This document shows, piece by piece, positions 1 to 8,259 of a stretch of DNA of 64,000 nt (within the stretch, counting starts at the first letter, position 1; the number at the start of each line of letters is the position of its first letter). The position numbers were made by a program, and so were the translations under genes. The stretch comes from an uncultured Chloroflexia bacterium (lineage in GTDB: Bacteria; Chloroflexota; Limnocylindria; Limnocylindrales; CSP1-4): the NCBI GenBank assembly GCA_963819655.1, contig CAWFXA010000001.1, positions 320,001 through 384,000 on the forward strand. Direction: 5' to 3'. The notes beneath the pieces were generated by a model. That model ran no database searches and had not been told where the DNA came from. It saw only the letters and a list, made by a program, of their open reading frames with translations.

Positions 1-3000
1 GCCACCTGCTGGTCATGCGCCAGGCCGCTGCGGGCGGACCGACGATGGCGACCGCGATGCGCGAGGTGCGGCGCGATCTGCGCGACGACCTCGACCGCCT
101 GCTCGATCGGTTCGCTGCAGCGTTCCCCGGGGTCGGCCAAGAGCCGGAGCCGGCGCTGGCCCGCCTCGAGGAGCTGCTGCTCACCCGGGTCGCCAACGAA
201 AACCCGGCGATCGGCCCGTTGCGGGAGCTCGTGGACGATCGGATCCTCGCCGACGGGACGCGCTACCAGGAGGCGATCGCGGGCCTCGAGGAGGCGTTCG
301 ACGCGAGGGCGGTGCTCGACCCCGGCGATGGCACGAGGACCTCGCTCGTCGACCTGCTGCGTGCCCCGGCACGCCATGCGCCGACGTCGCTGTCCGGGCA
401 GCTTCGGTACGTCCGTGAGACGTGGGGCGCCCTGCTCGGCTCGGATCTCGAATCGCTCATCGGGCGGCTCGGCATCGCGATCGGGATCATGGCCGAGGAG
501 GAACGCTCACTCCACCAGCGGTTCGGCGGCGGCGGTGACCGCGGCGAGGTCCATACACCCTCGTTCGGTGGCCTCGCCGACGAGCCGGAGCGGTTCTCGG
601 TCGACTCGGCCTGGATGCCCCGCCTCGTGCTCGTGGCCAAGAGCACGTACGTGTGGCTCGATCAGCTGTCGCGGACGTTCCAGCGCGACATCCGGACCCT
701 CGATGCTGTCCCCGACGAGGCGCTCGACCGCCTCGCGTCGTGGGGCGTGACCGGGCTCTGGCTCATCGGCCTGTGGCAGCGGTCGAAGGCGTCGGAGCGG
801 ATCAAGCGCATGCGCGGAAACCCCGACGCGGTCGCCTCGGCGTATTCCCTCGACGACTACCGGATCGCCGATGACCTCGGCGGCGAGGGGGCCTATGCCG
901 ACCTGCGCGACAGGGCCTGGGCCCGCGGCATCCGACTGGCCAGCGACATGGTCCCCAACCACATGGGCATCGATTCGCGCTGGGTCATCGACCACCCCGA
1001 GTGGTTCCTGTCGCTGCCGCGACCGCCCTACCCGGCCTATACGTTCACGGGTCCCGACCTGGCGCCCGACGAGCCGGCGGGCATCGTCCTCGAGGACCAT
1101 TACTGGAACGACAGCGATGCCGCGGTCGTCTTCAAGCGGTTCGATCGAGCGAGCGGCGACGAGCAGTTCATCTATCACGGCAACGACGGGACGAGCTTTC
1201 CCTGGAACGACACGGCCCAGCTCGACTTCCTGAAGGCGGACGTCCGCGAGCAGGTCGTCCAGACGATCCTCGACGTCGCCCGGCGGTTCCCCGTGATCCG
1301 GTTCGACGCCGCGATGGTGCTGGCGAAGCGCCACGTGCGACGGCTGTGGTGGCCCGAACCGGGGGCCACCGACAGCATCCCATCGCGGGCGCAGTACGCG
1401 ATGAGCCAGGCCGAGTTCGACAAAAGCATGCCGAAGGAGTTCTGGCGCGAGGTCGTCGACCGGGTCGCAGCCGAAGTGCCCGACACCCTGCTGCTCGCCG
1501 AGGCCTTCTGGATGCTCGAGGGCTACTTCGTGCGGACGCTCGGCATGCACCGGGTTTACAACAGTGCGTTCATGCACATGCTCCGCGACGAGAACGTGGC
1601 CGGCTACCGGAGGCTCATCCGCGAGACCCTCGAGTTCGATCCGGAGATCCTCAAGCGATACGTCAACTTCATGACCAACCCGGACGAAGAGACGGCGCTC
1701 GAGCAGTTCGGCAAGGGCGACAAGTACTTCGGCGCGGCGACGGTCCTCGCGACGCTGCCCGGGCTGCCGATGCTCGGCCACGGCCAGGTCGAGGGGTTCG
1801 GCGAGAAGTACGGCATGGAGTACCGCCGCGCGACTCTCGACGAGCAGCCGGACCGCTGGCTGGTGGAGCGACACGAGCGCGAGATCTTCCCGTTGCTCCA
1901 CCGGCGGGACTGGTTCGCGGAGGCGCACGACTTCCTGATGTTCGACTTCCACACCGACGGCGGCGCGATCGATGAGAACGTCCTGGCCTACTCGAACGGC
2001 CACGGCCCGACCCGTTCGCTCGTGGTGTTCCACGACCGCTTCGGCTCGACGGCAGGCACGATCCGTGAGTCGACGGCCTACGCGCGCAAGTCGGCGAGCG
2101 GGGCCAAGCGCCTGGTCCGCCGGTCGCTCGCCGATGGCCTGGGCCTGCCCGACGACCGCTCGATGTTCGTGACCTTCCGCGACGCCCGCACGGGCCTTGC
2201 CTACCTGCGCTCGTGCCGCGATATCCGCGAGCGCGGGCTGTGGATGGCGCTCGATGCGTACCAGGGCCACGTGTTCTGGGAGTTCCGCGAGCTGGCGGAC
2301 GGGGTCGCCGGGCAGTGGCGCCGCCTCGCCGAACGGCTCGGCGGCCGTGGCGTGGCGTCCCTCGACGAGGCGCTCCGCGAACTCCTGCTGGAGCCCGTCC
2401 ACGAGCCCCTCCGGGCGCTGTTCGACGACGGCCATATCGCCGCCGTCCTCGACGGCACGGCCACGGACACCGATCTCGATGTGCTCGAGGAGCGGCTGGC
2501 GGCCGTGCTGGGGGCGGTGGCGACGGCGACACGCGTGTCGGGTGACCCCGTGCTGACCGCGGCACGCATCCGCGACGAGGCGTCGGCCACGTACCGCGAT
2601 GGGGCCGACGAGCTGTCGCGTGGTGACCGCGCGGCCCTGCTCGGCTGGCTGGTCCTGTCGCGACTCGGCGAGCTCGCCCCGGGAGCCGACGTGGGACTGA
2701 CGAGCCTGGCGTGGTACGACGAGCTGCGCATGGCCCCGATCGTGGCGTCTGGGTTCCGTTCGGTCGGCATCGACGAAGGGGGCGCGTGGGGCGCAGCCGA
2801 CCTCGTCCGGGTGCTGCTCGCGCTGCCGCGCCCGTCCACCATCCGGGGTCGGGGGCGGCAGGGCGACCTGCGCCTCCTCGAGGGCTGGCTGACGCGCGAC
2901 ACGATCCGCGCGGCGATGGGGCTCAACACCTGGGAAGGCGTCGAGTGGCTCGATCGCGAACGTTTCGCGAACCTGCTCCGGTGGGCCGTCCGCCTGGATG

Positions 3001-3167
3001 CCATCGAGACCGGCCGCGACCCGGACACGAAGTTCGTGGACCGCCTGACCCGAGCCGCCGAGAAGGCCGGCTACCGGGTCGATGCGCTTCTGGAGATCCT
3101 CAGCCAGCCGGCTCCTCGGCGAGGAGGCGGCGCAGCAGCGACGTCGGCGGAGCCCCGTGACCGATGA
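1..3167 (+). CDS. Alpha-amylase family (GH13) glycoside hydrolase, probably 5'-truncated by the window edge
   Basis: 1050-aa ORF with GH13 motifs DMVPNH, RFDAAM (nucleophile Asp), LAEAFW (acid/base Glu), NPDE (region IV variant), ASAYSLDDY. Confidence 0.85.
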   Translation, partial: HLLVMRQAAAGGPTMATAMREVRRDLRDDLDRLLDRFAAAFPGVGQEPEPALARLEELLLTRVANENPAIGPLRELVDDRILADGTRYQEAIAGLEEAFDARAVLDPGDGTRTSLVDLLRAPARHAPTSLSGQLRYVRETWGALLGSDLESLIGRLGIAIGIMAEEERSLHQRFGGGGDRGEVHTPSFGGLADEPERFSVDSAWMPRLVLVAKSTYVWLDQLSRTFQRDIRTLDAVPDEALDRLASWGVTGLWLIGLWQRSKASERIKRMRGNPDAVASAYSLDDYRIADDLGGEGAYADLRDRAWARGIRLASDMVPNHMGIDSRWVIDHPEWFLSLPRPPYPAYTFTGPDLAPDEPAGIVLEDHYWNDSDAAVVFKRFDRASGDEQFIYHGNDGTSFPWNDTAQLDFLKADVREQVVQTILDVARRFPVIRFDAAMVLAKRHVRRLWWPEPGATDSIPSRAQYAMSQAEFDKSMPKEFWREVVDRVAAEVPDTLLLAEAFWMLEGYFVRTLGMHRVYNSAFMHMLRDENVAGYRRLIRETLEFDPEILKRYVNFMTNPDEETALEQFGKGDKYFGAATVLATLPGLPMLGHGQVEGFGEKYGMEYRRATLDEQPDRWLVERHEREIFPLLHRRDWFAEAHDFLMFDFHTDGGAIDENVLAYSNGHGPTRSLVVFHDRFGSTAGTIRESTAYARKSASGAKRLVRRSLADGLGLPDDRSMFVTFRDARTGLAYLRSCRDIRERGLWMALDAYQGHVFWEFRELADGVAGQWRRLAERLGGRGVASLDEALRELLLEPVHEPLRALFDDGHIAAVLDGTATDTDLDVLEERLAAVLGAVATATRVSGDPVLTAARIRDEASATYRDGADELSRGDRAALLGWLVLSRLGELAPGADVGLTSLAWYDELRMAPIVASGFRSVGIDEGGAWGAADLVRVLLALPRPSTIRGRGRQGDLRLLEGWLTRDTIRAAMGLNTWEGVEWLDRERFANLLRWAVRLDAIETGRDPDTKFVDRLTRAAEKAGYRVDALLEILSQPAPRRGGGAAATSAEPRDR

Positions 3168-4869
3168 CCGACTCGAGGTGTTGTCGATAGCGGAAGCCGG
3201 GGGTCTCGCCGAAGCCGCCGGGTAGGGCGCCCGGCTGGATCGCGTCTGGAGCGGCGCCCGCGGCGCGGGCCGCGCGGCGGCGGGCCTCGAGTTCGATGTC
3301 CCACATCTCGATCGACCCCGCGAAGTACGTCGAGAGCTGGGTCGACGACAGGCGCGCGCGCTTGTACTTGTTGCGGGCCTCGGCCTCTTCCTGGAACCCG
3401 CCGTCGACCATGAGCGCGACGGCCGCATCCTCGGTCATCCCGTGGCAGTGGATCCGGGCGTCGATGATCGCGTTGGTCACCGACCGCAGGTAGAACTTCC
3501 AGTGCGTGAGCATCAGGGCCGGATCGTCGGCGCCGTAGCCCGCGTCCATCATCACCTGGGTGACGTAGACCGCCCAGCCCTCGGCGAACAGTCCGCTCTG
3601 GAAGATGCTGCGCGGCAGCGATGTCGACCGGTTGGCGTACACGCCTTGGAGGTAATGGCCGGGCACGGCCTCGTGGATCGCCAGGAGCCGCAGCATGCGG
3701 TCGTTGTCCTCGCGCAGGTACGACTCGCGTTGCTCGGGCGACCAGTCGTCCGGGATCGGCGTGATCGCGAAGAAGGTCGTGAGGCCCTTGTCGAGCGGCC
3801 CCGGCGAGATCAGCATCGCGCCGCCGTAGGCGCGCAGGAAGACCGGCGTCCAGCGGATATCGAGCGGCTCGTCGACGATGCCGATGAGGTCCCGCTCGGC
3901 GCAGAACGCATCGATCCGCGTGACCTCGTCGCGGCAGAAGTCGAGCAGCTCGGCCGGGACCTGATGTTGGTCTGCGATCGCGTCAAGGACGCCGCGGACG
4001 AGCGTGCCTTCCTCGGTGGGGACGGGTTCGTCGCCGCGCCAGGCGGGCCACAGGTCGCGCGCGAGCCGGACCATCTCGGCGCGGATCGCGGCGTACTCCC
4101 GATCAGCCGCATCGAGGATCCCCTCCGGCGTGAGCGTCTCGGAGCGCATCGTGTGCCGCATCTTGCGAGCGAACAGGTCGGTGCCCAGGCGGCCGTCGCC
4201 CTCACTTTTCGGGAGGACCTCGTCGGAAAGGTGACGCCCGAACCCGTCGAGCGCCGCCTTGGCTGCCGCGGCCGCGTCGTCCAGTCGGGGGCGGAGCTCG
4301 GCCACGGCCGGATCCGTGGACGCCGCGGGATCGGCGGCCGCGAGCGCCTCGTCGATCAGGTCGGCGATGCCGGGGAGCTGCTCCAGGGCGGTCTCGGTCT
4401 GGAACCTGCCGACGGGACGGCCAGGTCCGGCGCCGACGAGCGTCTCGCGCGCACCATCGATCACGGCCTCCAGGCCCTCGAGCCGCTGCGCCACGCTCGC
4501 GAGTCGATCGGACAGCGGCGCGAACTCACGGGCGAGCAGCGGGAAGAGGCCATCGCCGAGCAGGTACACCCACGCCAGCGGGTCCCACGCATCGTCCCGC
4601 AGCTCGGTCTCCGAGAACCGCATCGCGTCGAGCTCCTGGAGCACGAGGTCGCGATCGATGGCCTCGTCGCGGGTGAGATCGGGCGCCGCCAGCGCGCCGA
4701 ACACCGCGCTCCAGCGCGCGATGAACGCGAGCCGCGCCCGACGGCCGTCGGCCGTCACGTCGGGCCAGCGCCCGTCGTAGCGGTGGTCGCCGATCGACGT
4801 CGCGGCGACCGGCTCGAGCTCGACGAATGCGTCGAGGAACGCCTGGAAGGTGTCGGGGAAGGCGGGCAT
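3100..4869 (-). CDS. DUF885 family protein (putative zinc metallopeptidase-like)
   Basis: HEAVPGHYLQ, FAEGWAVY, QLSTYFAG motifs typical of DUF885; 3' end overlaps the GH13 tail convergently. Confidence 0.85.
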   Translation of the reverse strand: MPAFPDTFQAFLDAFVELEPVAATSIGDHRYDGRWPDVTADGRRARLAFIARWSAVFGALAAPDLTRDEAIDRDLVLQELDAMRFSETELRDDAWDPLAWVYLLGDGLFPLLAREFAPLSDRLASVAQRLEGLEAVIDGARETLVGAGPGRPVGRFQTETALEQLPGIADLIDEALAAADPAASTDPAVAELRPRLDDAAAAAKAALDGFGRHLSDEVLPKSEGDGRLGTDLFARKMRHTMRSETLTPEGILDAADREYAAIRAEMVRLARDLWPAWRGDEPVPTEEGTLVRGVLDAIADQHQVPAELLDFCRDEVTRIDAFCAERDLIGIVDEPLDIRWTPVFLRAYGGAMLISPGPLDKGLTTFFAITPIPDDWSPEQRESYLREDNDRMLRLLAIHEAVPGHYLQGVYANRSTSLPRSIFQSGLFAEGWAVYVTQVMMDAGYGADDPALMLTHWKFYLRSVTNAIIDARIHCHGMTEDAAVALMVDGGFQEEAEARNKYKRARLSSTQLSTYFAGSIEMWDIELEARRRAARAAGAAPDAIQPGALPGGFGETPGFRYRQHLESVIGHGAPPTSLLRRLLAEEPAG

Positions 4870-4935
4870 CGAAGAAGTCTAGAGGCGATGCCCGCCGATG
4901 ATCGAAACCGGTCACCGCCCGGCTACCATCGGCGG

Positions 4936-5529
4936 ATGGGACAGACCTGGGTGACGCCGGTGACGCTGACTGGTCGGCGCGTCCGGATGGAGCCGCTCGC
5001 CGACCGTCACCTCGAGGACCTCGCCCGCGTCGCGTTCGACGACGCGATCTGGCGGTGGACGATCACGCAGCCGATCACCGACGCCCGCCTGCGAGCGTGG
5101 CTCGATGTGGCGCTGACGAATGCCGAGGCCGCCACCGAGGTCCCGTTCGCGACGGTCGACATCGCCTCGGGCCGGGCGATCGGGAGCAGCCGCTACATGT
5201 CCATCGTTCCGGAGAATCGCAGACTCGAGATCGGCTGGACGTGGATCGGGACCGGGTTCCAGCGGACCGGTGCCAACCGCGAGGCGAAGCTGCTCCAGCT
5301 CAGCCACGCATTCGAAGCGCTCGAGGCAGAGCGCGTCGAGTTCAAGGCCCATGCCCGGAACGTCCAGTCGCGGACGGCCCTGCTCGGGATCGGCGCCACC
5401 TTCGAGGGCGTCCACCGTCGCCACACGATCATGCCCGACGGGTCGATCCGCGATTCCGCGTACTTCAGCGTCATCGCCCCGGAATGGCCCGCCGTCAAGG
5501 CCCGGCTCGAAGGGCTCCTGGCCCGATGA
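4936..5529 (+). CDS. GNAT family N-acetyltransferase (RimJ/RimL-like)
   Basis: LEIGWTW, QRTGANREAKLL, N..S...L..IGA.FEG..R motifs; TACCAT 6 nt upstream of ATG 4936. Confidence 0.85.
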   Translation: MGQTWVTPVTLTGRRVRMEPLADRHLEDLARVAFDDAIWRWTITQPITDARLRAWLDVALTNAEAATEVPFATVDIASGRAIGSSRYMSIVPENRRLEIGWTWIGTGFQRTGANREAKLLQLSHAFEALEAERVEFKAHARNVQSRTALLGIGATFEGVHRRHTIMPDGSIRDSAYFSVIAPEWPAVKARLEGLLAR

Positions 5530-6551
5530 GCCCCGACCTGGAGTCCGTCCAGCGCCCGATCCGGACCGTGGACTACCACACGGCCGGCGAGCCGTTCCGG
5601 ATCGTGACGGGCGGCATCCCGGAGCTGGAGGGTCGGACGGTCCTCGAGCGGCGACGCTGGGCACATGACAACCTGGACGACATCCGCCGGCTGATCGTCA
5701 ACGAACCACGCGGTCACGCCGACATGTACGGCGGGTTCGTCACGCCACCGAACGACGACTGGGCCGATCTCGGCGTCGTGTTCTTCCACAACGAGGGCTA
5801 CTCGACCGCGTGCGGCCACGGGACGATCGCGCTGGTGACGTGGGCGGTCGAGACGGGTCGGGTCGCGGTCGCGCCGGGGGCACGCTCGGTCGACCTCACG
5901 GTCGACGTGCCCAGCGGCCGGCTGGCCTGCACGGCTCGCCTCGACGCGGATGGCCAGGTCGAAGCCGTCCGCTTCCGCAACGTCCCGTCGTTCCTGCTCG
6001 CGCGGGACGTGACGGTCAGGCTCGGCGACCGTCTCATGACCCTCGACGTGGCGTTCGGCGGCGCGTTCTACGGGATCGTCGAGGCCGCTCCGCTGGGCCT
6101 TCGGCTCGAGGCGGTGGATCTCCCACTGCTCATCGACCTGCAGCGCGAGCTGCGCCCGGTACTCCAGCGTTCGCTGTCGGTCGTCCACCCCGACGAGCCC
6201 GAACTCGGCGGGATCTACGGCGTGATCTTCTGGGAGCGCCTCGGGCCGGCCGAGCAGCGCAACGTGACGGTCTTCGCCGATGGCGAGATCGACCGCTCGC
6301 CGTGTGGCTCGGGAACGTCGGCGCGGCTGGCGATGCTGCACGCCCGCCGCGAGCTGGCAACCGGCGAGCTGTTCCGCCATCGATCGATCGTCGATTCGGT
6401 GTTCGATGCATGGGTCGTGGCCGACGGCCCGCCGATCGGTGGACACGCCTCGGTGATCACCGAAGTCGAGGGGTCCGCATACCGGACCGGGGAGGCGTTG
6501 TTCACGCTCGACCCGCGCGACCCCCTCGGGACGGGATTCCTGCTTCGCTGA
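5526..6551 (+). CDS. Proline racemase / hydroxyproline 2-epimerase family protein (Cys/Cys type)
   Basis: DYHTAGEPFRI, EPRGHADMYG, ACGHGT and DRSPCGSGTSAR motifs; ATGA overlap with the GNAT gene. Confidence 0.88.
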   Translation: MSPDLESVQRPIRTVDYHTAGEPFRIVTGGIPELEGRTVLERRRWAHDNLDDIRRLIVNEPRGHADMYGGFVTPPNDDWADLGVVFFHNEGYSTACGHGTIALVTWAVETGRVAVAPGARSVDLTVDVPSGRLACTARLDADGQVEAVRFRNVPSFLLARDVTVRLGDRLMTLDVAFGGAFYGIVEAAPLGLRLEAVDLPLLIDLQRELRPVLQRSLSVVHPDEPELGGIYGVIFWERLGPAEQRNVTVFADGEIDRSPCGSGTSARLAMLHARRELATGELFRHRSIVDSVFDAWVVADGPPIGGHASVITEVEGSAYRTGEALFTLDPRDPLGTGFLLR

Positions 6552-6595
6552 GGGGCTATCCTCGCGATGGGGCAGGACAAACGGGAGGGATCAGG

Positions 6596-6979
6596 ATGCG
6601 TGGTTTCATCATCGGGACGCTCGCGACCGCGGTCACGTTCGGGATCGTCGCGTATTTCCTGCCGCAGATCGACTACGGTGACAACATCCCGAGCTTGATC
6701 GTGGTGGCGCTGATCGCCGGCGTGATCAACGGCTTCATCAAGCCGATCATCAAGCTCTTCTCTCTGCCCCTGACGTTGATGACGTTCGGTCTGTTCGGGC
6801 TCGTCATCAACGCCGGCCTGCTGCTGCTGATCGCCTGGGTGTCGAGCCTCCTCGGCATCACGTTCACGGTCGGCGGCTTCCCGCCGGACCTGTCGATCGA
6901 TGCGATCGTCGCCGCGGTGATCGGTGGCATCGCCATCTCGATCGTCGGGTCCCTCGTGGGTATGGCGGTCCCCGACTGA
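6596..6979 (+). CDS. YvlD-like four-TM membrane protein (phage holin 4-2 / DUF360 family)
   Basis: N.FIKPI.KL.SLPL...TFGLF.LVINA motif; GGAGG upstream. Confidence 0.8.
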   Translation: MRGFIIGTLATAVTFGIVAYFLPQIDYGDNIPSLIVVALIAGVINGFIKPIIKLFSLPLTLMTFGLFGLVINAGLLLLIAWVSSLLGITFTVGGFPPDLSIDAIVAAVIGGIAISIVGSLVGMAVPD

Positions 6980-8238
6980 CGCTCAGCGCACGACAAGCGG
7001 CGGCACTCCGGGGCGCCGCCGCCCGTTTCGGCACGCCGGTCTTCGTCACCGATCTCGCGACCCTGGCCGCGGCGTGCGCGGACACGACGACCGCGTTCCC
7101 CGACCCGATCATCCGCCAGTACTCGGTCAAGGCGAACGATGTCCCGGCCGTGATCGCGGCCGTGACCGAGCGCGGCTTCGGGGCGAATGTCGTGTCGCGC
7201 GGGGAGTGGGCGCTGGCGCGCCGAGCCGGTGTCCCGAATGAGCGCATCACGCTCGAGGGGATCGGCAAGACCCCGGCCGACCTGCGCGCCGCCGCGCGCG
7301 CCGCACGCGACGGCGAGCCGCTGCGCTGGATCGCCCTCGAGTCGCCGGAGGAGGCCGAGGCGCTCGCGACGGAGGCAACCCGCGTCGATGCGCCGCGCAT
7401 GGACGTCCTGTACCGGCTCAACCCCGATGTTGCGCCCGAGACGTTGACAGGCCTCGCGGTCGGAGCCGGGGCAACGAAGTTCGGCATGACCGAGACGGAG
7501 ATCGGGACGGCGATCGAGGCCGGGGGCGGGCCCGACGGCCCGCTCCGCTCGCGCGGCATCCACCTCCATGTCGGGTCGCAACTGGGTGCGGTCGATGCGT
7601 GGCGCGACGCGGTGCGCAAGACGCTGGCGCTGGCCGCCCTCTGGCGCGGCTCGATCGAGTCGTTCGACACGGTCGATCTCGGCGGCGGGTTCCCGATCCG
7701 TCCGACCGACGAGCCATCACCGAGCCCGGAACGCTTCGCGCGCGAGCTCGGCCCGTTGCTGGCGGCGGTCCCCGAGGACCGTCGCCCGACACGCCTGGCG
7801 ATCGAACCCGGACGCGCGCTCGTGGCGAGGGCCGGGTGGCTCGTAGCGCGCGTCCTCCATGTGCGCGACCGCGCCGGACCCCAGGTGATCCTGGACGCGG
7901 GTATGACCGAGCTGATCCGTCCCGCGCTGTACGGCGCGCGTCACCCGATCGTCGCGTTGACGTCAGGCGGCCGTCCGGTCGATGCGACACCTGGACCGGA
8001 CGCGATGTCCCCGGTGCGTGTCGAGGGCCCGATCTGCGAATCGACCGACTCGCTCGGGACGCACGACCTCCCTCTTCTGCGGCGCGGGGACATCGTGGCG
8101 ATCGCCGACGCCGGCGCGTACGCGGCGTCGCTCGGTTCTGCGTACAACGGGCGCCCGCGGCCACCGCAGGTCCTCCTCGCCCCGGACGGGGGTCTGGCCC
8201 TCGGCCGGCGGCGTGGCACGCTCGCCGCCCTCGGCTGA
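6976..8238 (+). CDS. lysA: Diaminopimelate decarboxylase (fold III PLP decarboxylase), probable CTG start
   Basis: FGTPVFV and PLP lysine motif YSVKAN lie in frame upstream of the ORF-track GTG (7150); HVGSQ, GGGF, IEPGR, GPICESTD, AGAY..YN.RP downstream. Confidence 0.8.
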   Translation: MTLSARQAAALRGAAARFGTPVFVTDLATLAAACADTTTAFPDPIIRQYSVKANDVPAVIAAVTERGFGANVVSRGEWALARRAGVPNERITLEGIGKTPADLRAAARAARDGEPLRWIALESPEEAEALATEATRVDAPRMDVLYRLNPDVAPETLTGLAVGAGATKFGMTETEIGTAIEAGGGPDGPLRSRGIHLHVGSQLGAVDAWRDAVRKTLALAALWRGSIESFDTVDLGGGFPIRPTDEPSPSPERFARELGPLLAAVPEDRRPTRLAIEPGRALVARAGWLVARVLHVRDRAGPQVILDAGMTELIRPALYGARHPIVALTSGGRPVDATPGPDAMSPVRVEGPICESTDSLGTHDLPLLRRGDIVAIADAGAYAASLGSAYNGRPRPPQVLLAPDGGLALGRRRGTLAALG

Positions 8239-8259
8239 CGCGCCGCTATGCTGCGGGCC

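Noticed and set aside
3100-3167. 68-bp convergent overlap of the GH13 and DUF885 genes as a regulatory feature
   Set aside because: The overlap covers only a low-complexity tail of the GH13 protein; such overlaps are common in compact high-GC genomes
507-3428. 973-aa antisense ORF over the GH13 gene (and similar long shadow ORFs at 8536-10539, 18228-20699, 51236-53320, 58147-60366)
   Set aside because: Antisense to well-supported genes, no motifs; long stop-free shadow frames are expected in high-GC DNA
6596-6979. Prophage suggested by a 'phage holin family' protein
   Set aside because: YvlD-like proteins are common chromosomal membrane proteins; no phage structural, lysin or integrase genes nearby
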